64,000 bases of DNA from positions 12,667 through 76,666 of the IMG/VR virus record IMGVR_UViG_3300037067_006298; one strand, written 5' to 3'. Below, piece by piece: positions 10,671 through 20,332 of the stretch; the stretch's first letter is position 1, and every line of letters starts with the position of its first letter. The notes under the pieces are model-generated. The model saw nothing but the letters and a program-made list of their open reading frames with translations. It made no database searches and was not told where the DNA came from. The position numbers and the translations under genes are program-made. The DNA comes from a virus (lineage: Duplodnaviria > Caudoviricetes).

Positions 10671-12044
10671 CTATTTAGATTTTGGAATATATGGTTTTGT
10701 TGGTTTGCTCCAAAAGTTAGTCGGCAATGGAAGTTTCTTTGGAGTTACTGTTTCTTCTTTTGGCAGAATGTCTTTCAATGTCTTCATCTTCCCATCTACC
10801 TTTATTGGAAGTTTCTCTGCATCTGGTACATTTTTACGAGGAACTGCAAAGGTGGTGTTATTCTGTACCCATGGGTTCTGTGCTGCCTGTCCTGAACGGA
10901 AAATAAGCATATCTGTCTTAGGATCATAGAACCTCAGTTCAGCTTCAACGTCATCACCTCCTTTTATTTCATGCCATCCATCATCTCCCTTTGCAGGGTT
11001 AGGGTCTGAGTCATGTTGATAACCTCCTGCTGTTGGAACTTTAAACGTTTTGGTTGCAGTAAAGTCATATCTCTCGTTGTAATTTCTGCCTCCATAGATA
11101 TTATCGTTCTTATGAAGTTCTCCCGGCGTGACTTTTGCCTGAGTACCAAGAAAGTTAAAGTTCAATCCTCCACCACCACCTGTTCCTTTTACTTTATCAC
11201 TAAACTTTTGTGCCTGTTCAGGAAGTGAACTATCTATAAAGTATTCTTCAGGTGTTGCCATTGCAAGTGTTGAGTTTGGATCTTCTTTTTTGATACGTTC
11301 ATGGTTTAAGGTAATTGATCTTTTTACAGATTCATCGGCTTCCTGATACATCTGTTTAGCTGTTGCTCTTGCTTCGGCTATTTTCTCTGGAGTCCATACG
11401 GTTTCCTGTTTTTGCCTTGTAACTCCTGTTTCATCAGTATAATCAACAGTTCGTGTATCGAGTACTGGCATCCTTTGTTTATTCTTTTGTACATACTCGT
11501 ACATATCGGTCAACTTTGGTTTTTCTACAAGTATCTTATTAAGATTAAGGTTCCGTGCTATTATCTCGTTATTATTTAACTCTTTTTGAATATTGTCCAT
11601 GGTAGCACCAATCTCGAACTGTTCAGGATTTTGTTTAACCATTTGAGTAATTAAATCAATTGCCTCTTTATTTCTTCCCCAAGTATCAACTTTCTGTTTT
11701 AGTTTTGCATGTGCATCAGTAATGGCTTTAGACATCATAACTTCATCAGATGTTCTTGGATTCATAAGATTCATACCTTTTCTACTCAGGTCTGAAAAGG
11801 TATTTAAAACCTTATCCTGATCTTCCATTATCTCCTTGAATCCTTTCTGATCCTCCCATCCTTTAAGGTCAACCATTAATTTATCCAATCCCTCGGCAGT
11901 ATTCTTTTGGATTTGCTCTTGACGTTGTTTTTCCTGTTGGTATTTAGCAAGATTATGCCTTCTCGTGAACTCAATGGGATCATGTGATGATTCTCCAAGA
12001 AAGGGAGCTGCCTGAAAAGCTGGATCTATTGAACCTTTTGCCAT
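10671..12044 (-). CDS. Putative internal virion/ejection protein
   Basis: 457 aa, helical, lies between the pilot-like and giant cargo genes. Confidence 0.5.
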   Translation of the reverse strand: MAKGSIDPAFQAAPFLGESSHDPIEFTRRHNLAKYQQEKQRQEQIQKNTAEGLDKLMVDLKGWEDQKGFKEIMEDQDKVLNTFSDLSRKGMNLMNPRTSDEVMMSKAITDAHAKLKQKVDTWGRNKEAIDLITQMVKQNPEQFEIGATMDNIQKELNNNEIIARNLNLNKILVEKPKLTDMYEYVQKNKQRMPVLDTRTVDYTDETGVTRQKQETVWTPEKIAEARATAKQMYQEADESVKRSITLNHERIKKEDPNSTLAMATPEEYFIDSSLPEQAQKFSDKVKGTGGGGGLNFNFLGTQAKVTPGELHKNDNIYGGRNYNERYDFTATKTFKVPTAGGYQHDSDPNPAKGDDGWHEIKGGDDVEAELRFYDPKTDMLIFRSGQAAQNPWVQNNTTFAVPRKNVPDAEKLPIKVDGKMKTLKDILPKEETVTPKKLPLPTNFWSKPTKPYIPKSK

Positions 12045-12119
12045 GGTATCTATTATTAAAAATCAGAATATCGCCATAATTCTTTTTTGACTTCTTCTAT
12101 ATTTATATTGATGTTATAA

Positions 12120-12836
12120 TTAATCACCTGTATCTCCTACTCCGGTACTTTTCCCTCTTACAGAATTTAATATTTTAGTTGCTTTAGCAATTTCTTCTGG
12201 CGTATATGTCGCAGCACCAACAGTTGATCCTCCGTTTAATAAAGAGGAATTAAAATCAGGAGAGATTAATTCTGCTGTCGATCCAAATGCGTTCTTTACT
12301 CCTGCAAATATATTCTGAGTCCCGGAATTTCTTAACTGTGATGCCATTGCTGCTGCCTGTTGATACGGTTGTGCCTTATTGTAATCCCATACCCTGTTTT
12401 CTTCACCGGCTTTTACTCCAAGTGCGTTCATGTATTCTCCCTTTGAACTTTGGACTTGCTGTGCGGTTAGTTTTGCCAAGTCTCCAAATGAGTTTTGTTC
12501 CCTTCCGACCATTTCTCCAAGTGCACCATAAGCCTCTGCGCCTGATCCGAGTTCTGATGCCTGTCTCAATCCTGCTGCGGTGGCTCCTTTGATCTCATTA
12601 CGATACATTTCACCGCCAGGGATATCCTGATTAAGGGTTTGCCCATAGGCATAATTAGTAAGTTTGTTCACACTTGGAGCAATCTCTGCAACAGGTCTCT
12701 TGTATTGTTCTTCGAGTGCATTTGCCTTCTTTAATTGAGATGCGCCCGTAATACCTTGATATATCGAGGGCACTAAATTAAGTACCTGAGAAATAATTGC
12801 TGCTGTCCCTAACATGGCTTTAAATATTACGTTCAC
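12120..12836 (-). CDS. Putative DNA ejection/pilot protein
   Basis: Ala/Gly/Gln-rich with a hydrophobic N-terminus (MLGTAAIISQVLNLVPSIYQGITG), immediately after the muzzle gene. Confidence 0.55.
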   Translation of the reverse strand: MNVIFKAMLGTAAIISQVLNLVPSIYQGITGASQLKKANALEEQYKRPVAEIAPSVNKLTNYAYGQTLNQDIPGGEMYRNEIKGATAAGLRQASELGSGAEAYGALGEMVGREQNSFGDLAKLTAQQVQSSKGEYMNALGVKAGEENRVWDYNKAQPYQQAAAMASQLRNSGTQNIFAGVKNAFGSTAELISPDFNSSLLNGGSTVGAATYTPEEIAKATKILNSVRGKSTGVGDTGD

Positions 12837-15462
12837 TTAATGTTGAAAATATCACAACCGAATCAACTCTTACTTTTTCTGTGTGTTCATCAGTAGTAAG
12901 TTTTACAAAACAATATCTTCCTCTCATCTCTCGTCCATTTAACTTCTTACTTATTGTAGATGCAAATACACCTTTTGAGTTCTCGTCCCGCATTATCTTT
13001 CCATAATAAATTCCTTCCCTTCGATCAAATATAGGGATATTGGTTTCCATTATCTCATTAACTGCTGATGCTTCTTCTGGAATATAGGTAGATTTAGTAA
13101 CGGATTCCAATAAGTGATCTGCGATAACGGCAATGGCATTGAACACTTTATTTTTAGATGGTTCCATATTAGAAACAACTTCAAATTCTGCTTCGGTATC
13201 CGTTCCTGCCCACGATAAGAAATCCTGTCCTTCGTCTATGTTCATAATCCACAATTTCTGATTATACAAATGTGCGAAAAAATTCCCTAAGTGAAGGTAA
13301 CTTTCCGTGATTTGATCTATCTCAGAAATATAACGTCCTTTTTTCTCACTGAAAATGATACCCTTAACAGTACTTCCGATACGGAACGTGATCCATACTT
13401 CTTCAAAATCGTTATTTGCTCCAATATTCACAACCAGAGATGAACGGCTACCGTCTGAATGAATCCATTTAGATAAGTCCTTGAACCATCTTGACATCTT
13501 ATATTCTGCTCCCGATAGTGATATTTGCCCATTTGGAGCAGATCGGATAAATGCACCCTGTGAGTTATCCCAATAATACAGATTCCTCCCATTAACCGTG
13601 ACACTATCTGGGTGTTGGCACCCATAATCTGTCTCCATAGGTCTTTGTTCTGCAAGGAACTTATCTGTGAGAGTGAATTGTTCTGTGCCATCAGGATTAA
13701 AGGTCTGTATCCGGTTAATGTAAATAGATGTCTCTTTATACATCTGGATAACCTTCAATGTGAATCCTACTTCCCTTAATCCTGTTATGTCTCCATTCTT
13801 CTTGGGAAGATCCATGAAGTCATCATAGGTGAAGTGTGCGATATTATTTGTCCGGGTTCCAGTTATAAGGAATCCACCATGTCTTATCCTTTCGTCAAGT
13901 ACCGTCTGTCTCTGGCTCAAATCATCCAAGAACGGGAATCCTTGTGATGTGAGTTTATTGGAGATAATCTGATCTTTCCACCAATCACTCGGGAATATAC
14001 TATCTGCCCAGAAAGGATAAATAATATTTGTTGAATGCTTATAATTTAATCTTATTAATTTATAACAATCGTGTGCTGTATTATTAACTTCAGCAGGGGT
14101 AATTACAATTCCTTCGGCAGAAAAAGTTTGATCTATATTCCCTTTATGATAACTATTTCCATTTGCATCTGTCGCAATATCAAATACCATTCCAGTACCA
14201 TAAGGTGTTGTTATCCCTAATCCTTTTCGTGGACGATAAACTTCAACTATTATATTTGTTGCACCCTCAAATATAGTAGGATGTTCTGCTGCCTGAACTA
14301 TTAACCAATCTCCGCCCACTGCTTCTTCATCATATTGCGTCCCCGTGGCTTCAATCTCGTAGTCATAAACGAAGTCGCTTCCGATAGCCTGTCCGTAACC
14401 GGTTCCTGCATCAATAGTCCCTACGAGTCTTAAACGATCTCCTTCTTCCCATGAGTATGCGGGTACTTTCCATCTATTATTTTTGTTTTGAGTCCATTCA
14501 AACGTATCCGTGATATTTATAGAATACCGATTATTTCCTAGTCCGTAAATATTATCTGCTCGTATTTGCATGAAATAGTCCATTGAGATATTTCCATAAT
14601 AAACTATCTCATACGTTTCCGCCCATGATGGAGGTTTGTGAGATATCTTGAATTTAATAGCAACTCTTTCTTCTAATTTAGGACCACCTGATTCTGAATA
14701 GAAAGGGATATTGATGTTCATTAAATTTGTTTTCATAACTGAACATTGTCTCCCTGCCCTATCCTTGTAAACAATGGCATATCCATGTGTAGCACCACAT
14801 TTAAGATTATTAAAAGTTAAAGTGTATCCTTTTGGATATATAGATGCTTCATACACATAACCACTCATTGCCATATCTGGAAGAAAGAATAAAAAGATAG
14901 AATAATCTTGTTCAATTATTTGCTCCCACATATAGATTTGATTAGAAGGAGAACCTGCGACTACATCTATTCCTCCTCCTGTTAATGATGATTCTAGTCC
15001 TGCTTTTACATCAGTTAATGAATCCCCGATTCCTGGCACATAAGAACCAGAATACGATTCTCCTGCTGTGTTATTAATACTGACGTAATAAGTCGCTCCT
15101 TCATATATCTGATCGGGAATAACAAGTACTAATACAACTTTTATAGTAGCATGGACACGTCCTCCACTCATAGGCACGAGCGTTCTTTCAGTCTCATAAG
15201 CATATAAAGCTAATCGTAATTGTGGATTAGTGCTCCCAATATCAATATATGTTATCTCACTGGATACCTGAATATCATCCACAACATCATAACCCTCGGT
15301 TATTTTTCCAAATACAAGTGCATTGCCTCCTACTAACTCCATCTGTCCTGCTATGATAGGGATATAAGTGAAGGGTTCTGCAACTATACTTGCATCTATT
15401 ATCTCTTTTACCCTGTCATTGTAAAAGGATAAATTATAATCCGAGTTATGACCTATTACCAT
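12820..15462 (-). CDS. Tail muzzle/nozzle (tubular protein B-like), C-terminal fragment
   Basis: LSFYND...EPFTYIPIIAGQMELVGGNALVFGKITEGYD, LKCGATHGYAIVYKDRAGRQCSV, GCQHPDS, LYYWDNSQGAFIR, LNGREMRGRY; these match my recollection of the middle and C-terminal blocks of crAss-like muzzle proteins. Confidence 0.7.
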   Translation of the reverse strand: MVIGHNSDYNLSFYNDRVKEIIDASIVAEPFTYIPIIAGQMELVGGNALVFGKITEGYDVVDDIQVSSEITYIDIGSTNPQLRLALYAYETERTLVPMSGGRVHATIKVVLVLVIPDQIYEGATYYVSINNTAGESYSGSYVPGIGDSLTDVKAGLESSLTGGGIDVVAGSPSNQIYMWEQIIEQDYSIFLFFLPDMAMSGYVYEASIYPKGYTLTFNNLKCGATHGYAIVYKDRAGRQCSVMKTNLMNINIPFYSESGGPKLEERVAIKFKISHKPPSWAETYEIVYYGNISMDYFMQIRADNIYGLGNNRYSINITDTFEWTQNKNNRWKVPAYSWEEGDRLRLVGTIDAGTGYGQAIGSDFVYDYEIEATGTQYDEEAVGGDWLIVQAAEHPTIFEGATNIIVEVYRPRKGLGITTPYGTGMVFDIATDANGNSYHKGNIDQTFSAEGIVITPAEVNNTAHDCYKLIRLNYKHSTNIIYPFWADSIFPSDWWKDQIISNKLTSQGFPFLDDLSQRQTVLDERIRHGGFLITGTRTNNIAHFTYDDFMDLPKKNGDITGLREVGFTLKVIQMYKETSIYINRIQTFNPDGTEQFTLTDKFLAEQRPMETDYGCQHPDSVTVNGRNLYYWDNSQGAFIRSAPNGQISLSGAEYKMSRWFKDLSKWIHSDGSRSSLVVNIGANNDFEEVWITFRIGSTVKGIIFSEKKGRYISEIDQITESYLHLGNFFAHLYNQKLWIMNIDEGQDFLSWAGTDTEAEFEVVSNMEPSKNKVFNAIAVIADHLLESVTKSTYIPEEASAVNEIMETNIPIFDRREGIYYGKIMRDENSKGVFASTISKKLNGREMRGRYCFVKLTTDEHTEKVRVDSVVIFSTLSERNI

Positions 15463-15471
15463 CTCGATAAA

Positions 15472-15888
15472 TTAACTTATATGAATAATACCAAGTGCGT
15501 TCCATTGGATTGTACTTGTTCCATTGGAAACTATCTGGTTGGTCAAAAAGTCAATTTGTGCCCGTATTGGAGACGTTGCCGGATTTGTTGTGTCTTTATA
15601 CAAGATACCATACCGGTAATTAAGGCTTGTGTTCGGGCCAATCACTTTATCTGTGGCATCAAGATAATAATTATTACCATCAGCCGTAGATGCTTTCCCT
15701 GCTATTGCGACACCTCCTGCGGTATATGCTCCCGATGCTGCAACTTCGTTTGCGGAGACAGATGAGACATACTGTTGTGTCCCGGCATTAGGAACATGAG
15801 TACTGGTAAGTAACATGAGTTTCCATGTTTCTGCCACCCATACGTCAATAATCTCTTTTTTTACGAATTTAGGAATTAAACTTGCCAT
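15472..15888 (-). CDS. Small virion structural protein (tail-associated family)
   Basis: KLMLLTSTHVP...ANEVAASGAYTAGG...ILYKD...IDF...TIQWNALGII pattern seen in tail-region genes of other phages. Confidence 0.55.
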   Translation of the reverse strand: MASLIPKFVKKEIIDVWVAETWKLMLLTSTHVPNAGTQQYVSSVSANEVAASGAYTAGGVAIAGKASTADGNNYYLDATDKVIGPNTSLNYRYGILYKDTTNPATSPIRAQIDFLTNQIVSNGTSTIQWNALGIIHIS

Positions 15889-15892
15889 AATT

Positions 15893-18361
15893 TTAAATAT
15901 AAATAGTTGCTAAATCAATTACTACAATATCACCTGCCAATAAAGTAACATCAAGAACAATAGTCCCATTATAATAGTCATACATAGCAGATACACTACT
16001 TCTTCCCTGTACCACTCCATTTACTTTTGCTCTCCAATATAGTGTAAATGGGTTTGATCTTCCTGTTACCGGATCAAAATAAACAGACATATAAACATTT
16101 TTACTTCCACTCGTAGATGAGGCGTGTCCTATTGACATTACTAATCCTGCGGGTTCAGTAGAATCCACTTCTACCGTACAATCAATAGCAGTCCCAACCG
16201 GAGGAGTACCTGTTGCCTGTTCTACAAAAACAGAAACAGTGTCTCCTAATGGGCCTAATCCTGCTACTACGGTTCCAAATGTAATTGCCTCTGACGGTTT
16301 TGCGCTTCCTGTATTTTCAGCAGTTGGGAATACATACAAAGTATCTCCTGTATTAAAATACATCCCAACTACTAATTCGTATGTGCCTCTCATTATGGTT
16401 ATCCATGACGGCTTCGATACAAGATACCCGTTATAAGGTAAACAAGTGATTATTACATCTTGTTTTGATGAAAGTCCATATTCTGCTGCCGTCCATATCA
16501 TGTGTACTAATGATGCTTCTATGCTCGATAGAATAGTAACGGGCAGTAGTGCCGAAATGACTGTATTTACATAATCAGAAGCACTTTTTGAAATATCTTC
16601 AGTAGATAAATACACGTCAACGGTTTCTCCTGCGCTAATATTCCTGCCAAGAGATATGGTTTTTGTATTATTTGTGCTATTTACAACTGTAAAACTACCA
16701 TACCCATACGGGAGCACTCCAATATTTGCCCTCCAAAACATAGTAAACGATATTCCAGAACCATAGTCAGAATTATCTACCCTGAATGAAAGATTAACGA
16801 CATTACTTGCGCTCATTGCATTAGCCAAGGCATTAGATATTGTCATATCAGGGTCAACTACATCGGGGTCTTTCTGGAGGGTACAGGTTATTGCGACTGG
16901 TACAGGTTCTGTTGCTCCGGTTTGTTGTACAAGGATAGAGGTACTATCTCCATAAGTATTTGACATTACAATATATCCCGTTCGAGCAACACCTACTACG
17001 GTGTTTTCTGTTGATGGAAACGCATAAATTATTTCTCCGTCAACCATTGTCATCCCGGCAGACATTACACTTCCCTCAGAACCTCCTCCGTTTCTTTCTA
17101 TTGTAAGCCACGAAGGAAAAGATGTTAAGTATAATGTTGTTGGAGCACAATCAATTGTAATTGATGATTTATTCGCATACCCATAGGCAGTGGCTCCCCA
17201 GTTCATTGCAGGAATGGATGAGACATAAGATAATACTACTGTTGGGAGAAGGGGTGTAATATTCATATTAACCACTGCACTACTTGGATTATTTACTGAT
17301 ATAACGGTCGGTGCGGGTAACGTCAAAGACATTGTGATATTTTCAGCATTGGTAGTTACTGATATTTCCTCTGCCCTCTCTTGTTCACTGAATTTGTCAA
17401 TAGTCTCAATAAGATACCATTTTGAAGGATCGTCACTGCTTCTACCAATGACTTCTATTGCTCTGACTTCTTCCCCCCCTGAGTTGACGGTTATCTTTAA
17501 CTTATTATTGAGTGATATTTGCTCATTTGCAAGTCCTGTGGCAGTTTCTTCTTCTGCCTGTGGCACCGGAACAATACTTGCCGGGGAAAATGTGCTCTTT
17601 CTCCAATCCATGTAAACATACCGATATGCAACTTGAAATAATGTCTGCCTTAAATTATTTATCTTACGATTATCGTCTGATTGATATGTTACTATCGGAG
17701 GATGAGATGGGGGGGTTGGTTCAAAATAGAAATTCTTAACATTCATTGAATAATACGCATCTTCAATCAGGCATTTTAGGTCTAACCAATTTGCACCAGA
17801 ATCACTTTTTGGCTCATTGCCATAATTAGAATGAACAAGACTCTTATAGTATTTATTCCCATTAGAGACAATCTGGTCTACCCCATAACTTACTGTGGTA
17901 CTCCATTCAACTGTTGTGGGATATTGACCATAACCAATTTTAAGTGCAAATGATTTCTTTGCCCTCTCAATATCCATCTGGTAAATCGGATTCTTATTGT
18001 CTGTCCATATTAATCTTCCGTGTACTACTCGAGGATTGTATATTTTGAAAAGAGGATCAAATCCGATGTTATTATTCTTGTCATAATAAACAACTGTCTG
18101 GACACGAGTGTCAATATTTATTTCAATTATCCATGATGCCTGATAAAAGGTATCAATATAGAATACATAAAGATTCCTGTTTTCTGGATCAATACATTTC
18201 CCATTTAAAAGGATATTGGTGTATTTAGAATCTTCTTTAGAATTAATTACAGTTCCGTCAGAGATAAGCCTTACTGATCTCCAATGAGATTTTAATGCAA
18301 CTGTCTTAGTGGCAACTGCACTGTTATAGGATAAGGATAATATTTTGGCTGTTGTACTCAT
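15893..18361 (-). CDS. Muzzle middle fragment with a CBM5/12-like insert, fused to duplicated BACON/Ig-like domains
   Basis: GKCIDPENRNLYVF, RLIWTDNKNPIYQMDI, FQVAYRYVYMDWRKSTFSPAS muzzle blocks; WSTTVSYGVDQIV...YKSL...EP...W module; two roughly 225-aa Thr/Val/Ser-rich repeats. Confidence 0.65.
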   Translation of the reverse strand: MSTTAKILSLSYNSAVATKTVALKSHWRSVRLISDGTVINSKEDSKYTNILLNGKCIDPENRNLYVFYIDTFYQASWIIEINIDTRVQTVVYYDKNNNIGFDPLFKIYNPRVVHGRLIWTDNKNPIYQMDIERAKKSFALKIGYGQYPTTVEWSTTVSYGVDQIVSNGNKYYKSLVHSNYGNEPKSDSGANWLDLKCLIEDAYYSMNVKNFYFEPTPPSHPPIVTYQSDDNRKINNLRQTLFQVAYRYVYMDWRKSTFSPASIVPVPQAEEETATGLANEQISLNNKLKITVNSGGEEVRAIEVIGRSSDDPSKWYLIETIDKFSEQERAEEISVTTNAENITMSLTLPAPTVISVNNPSSAVVNMNITPLLPTVVLSYVSSIPAMNWGATAYGYANKSSITIDCAPTTLYLTSFPSWLTIERNGGGSEGSVMSAGMTMVDGEIIYAFPSTENTVVGVARTGYIVMSNTYGDSTSILVQQTGATEPVPVAITCTLQKDPDVVDPDMTISNALANAMSASNVVNLSFRVDNSDYGSGISFTMFWRANIGVLPYGYGSFTVVNSTNNTKTISLGRNISAGETVDVYLSTEDISKSASDYVNTVISALLPVTILSSIEASLVHMIWTAAEYGLSSKQDVIITCLPYNGYLVSKPSWITIMRGTYELVVGMYFNTGDTLYVFPTAENTGSAKPSEAITFGTVVAGLGPLGDTVSVFVEQATGTPPVGTAIDCTVEVDSTEPAGLVMSIGHASSTSGSKNVYMSVYFDPVTGRSNPFTLYWRAKVNGVVQGRSSVSAMYDYYNGTIVLDVTLLAGDIVVIDLATIYI

Positions 18362-18364
18362 AAT

Positions 18365-20332
18365 TTAAGGGATATCACGCATACATCTTACTGCCCATCC
18401 CCATTTTTTATTCGCAGTATTAGTATTAAAATAAATTTGATTATAATATGCAAATTTACCTAAAGCACTTATCGAACTACTTTCTGTTGCACTCCAATAA
18501 TCTCCTTCATCGTTTATCTTTTGAAACACTCCAGTAGAATTTAGTCTCTGTCCCGAACCTAATAAACTAAAATTATATTCATCAGTTGCTCCTGTATTAG
18601 GTGTTGTCCAATGGGTTGTTCCCACCTCTTTTAATTTACCACCTGCAACTGCACTACCCCCTAAAAATGTTATAAGTGTATCAAAATCTGTTTGGCTCGG
18701 TATTCTCCATCCCGCAGGTGCAAGTCCGTGAACGTTATCTACTGCATACCAATTATACAATGCTCCATAAGGTGTTTTGTTTACTATGTCATTATTATAC
18801 CAACAGTATGCGCCAGTAACTACATAAATAGTAGACTTTAAATCATAGGTAGGATATGTAGACCATACACCAGATACACTATGCCCCATCATACCTCCTG
18901 AATATACATCCCCGGTTTGAAAAGCGAGTGATATACAATTGTTTTGATCATGTGTAATAACGTCTTCGTATGACACGACAAAACAATACGTTCCCGCAGC
19001 AAGATCAATATTATTAAAAAGAAATATAGCCCCCGCTGATATATCACCCGGTGTTGCGATATTTAAAGAGTCTGCTATCTTTACTGAAGGGAGGTCTCCT
19101 ACTGAAGTATAAATACTAAGTCTAATATTAAAGTTAGGGGAACCACCTAAAGACCCAGATAATTCGATACCGCTTACCGTGCTATTTCCTACTGTAAAAC
19201 TCTGAGATATAGGGTTCTCAACCGGGGATGCCCATGAACTTATATTACCGTTACTTGTAGAACTAATAACGAGATTACTCCCTGCATTAGTCCACTGGGT
19301 ATTATCGGTTATATTTAATATTGGTGTTCCATCGGCATATTTAGTAGTCTTTAAATTCTCAACCAACCATTGTTGATTCCCGATGGTTACATAGGTATAA
19401 GCATTCCCATCCGCATCAACAACTCCATCAAGTGTTTTTATTGTTTGTATATTAGAATTATCTCCTGTCCCTACTTCATTATATCCTCTTACACGATAGT
19501 AGTAATTAGTAAATGGACTTAACCCAATAATGCTATAAGTTAATACATTGCCTACATCAAGGTTATTATATCCTGCAACCAACGAAGTAAACAAGGCATC
19601 AGTAGCCACATCCAAATAATATCCAGTTGCGCCTCCTGCAATACTCCAGTTTGTTACAAATGTAGTTACGGTAATTTCACTTCCATTTAATGCTACAGGT
19701 GCTTCCGGCACTCCATCGTCCTGTAACCACAAAAGACAATTATTTCCAAGTAATTCAAATAACAAATCAAATTTACCTCCCGGGACTGCCGTAAACGCTG
19801 ACAAGTCATCTGCTCCTGTATTAGGTGTTGTCCATAACTCAGTACCGACATTCTTCATCTTCCCTCCTGCGATCATCACTCCACCAAGATATGTTAATAA
19901 GGTGTCAATATCTGCCTCTGTTGGTACTCTCCATCCTGCCGGACAAAAGGTTGATGACATTATCTGATCATGCGTATATAGTCGTCCGTAAATAGGTGCG
20001 TTATCCTCGTCATCATCATAGACTTTTGAACCAGGATAATTAACATCATAGTTCTTTTTCATCCATGTCTGAGTCCCGATAACAATTTCATCATAGCCAG
20101 AATAGACAAATTGCCCTCCAATAGATGTACCATAATATGTAATAGTTGAATCAGGTGAAATTAATATCCCTATCTCTCCTTGCAATGTTTCAAGTATCCC
20201 TTCCCCGTGTTGTTCGGAAGACCCTCCTGTACGAATGTTCAATGCTCCAACATAGTCACCCTCAGGTAAATTTGCGGGGTTATCGTCTGAATTTAACCCA
20301 CCAAAAAATCGTTTTTCTGATTTTATTTTCAT
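18365..20332 (-). CDS. Muzzle N-terminal fragment fused to FISUMP (Fib_succ_major) x2 and FN3 domains
   Basis: FFGGLNSDDNPANLPEGDYVGALNIR N-terminus; IGTQTWMKKN, YGRLYT, CPAGWRVPT, YGALYNWYAV, WAVRCMRD FISUMP motifs; GLSPFTNYYYRVRGYN FN3 motif. Confidence 0.7.
   Translation of the reverse strand: MKIKSEKRFFGGLNSDDNPANLPEGDYVGALNIRTGGSSEQHGEGILETLQGEIGILISPDSTITYYGTSIGGQFVYSGYDEIVIGTQTWMKKNYDVNYPGSKVYDDDEDNAPIYGRLYTHDQIMSSTFCPAGWRVPTEADIDTLLTYLGGVMIAGGKMKNVGTELWTTPNTGADDLSAFTAVPGGKFDLLFELLGNNCLLWLQDDGVPEAPVALNGSEITVTTFVTNWSIAGGATGYYLDVATDALFTSLVAGYNNLDVGNVLTYSIIGLSPFTNYYYRVRGYNEVGTGDNSNIQTIKTLDGVVDADGNAYTYVTIGNQQWLVENLKTTKYADGTPILNITDNTQWTNAGSNLVISSTSNGNISSWASPVENPISQSFTVGNSTVSGIELSGSLGGSPNFNIRLSIYTSVGDLPSVKIADSLNIATPGDISAGAIFLFNNIDLAAGTYCFVVSYEDVITHDQNNCISLAFQTGDVYSGGMMGHSVSGVWSTYPTYDLKSTIYVVTGAYCWYNNDIVNKTPYGALYNWYAVDNVHGLAPAGWRIPSQTDFDTLITFLGGSAVAGGKLKEVGTTHWTTPNTGATDEYNFSLLGSGQRLNSTGVFQKINDEGDYWSATESSSISALGKFAYYNQIYFNTNTANKKWGWAVRCMRDIP

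Noticed and set aside
18365-18560. C-terminal FISUMP as a diversity-generating retroelement target
   Set aside because: I saw no template repeat, reverse transcriptase or post-VR hairpin in the window; one could lie elsewhere in the genome.
15455-20155. Group I/II introns or inteins explaining the split muzzle
   Set aside because: The inserts encode adhesion domains in frame with the upstream exon; no homing endonuclease, RT or C...HN intein ends were seen.
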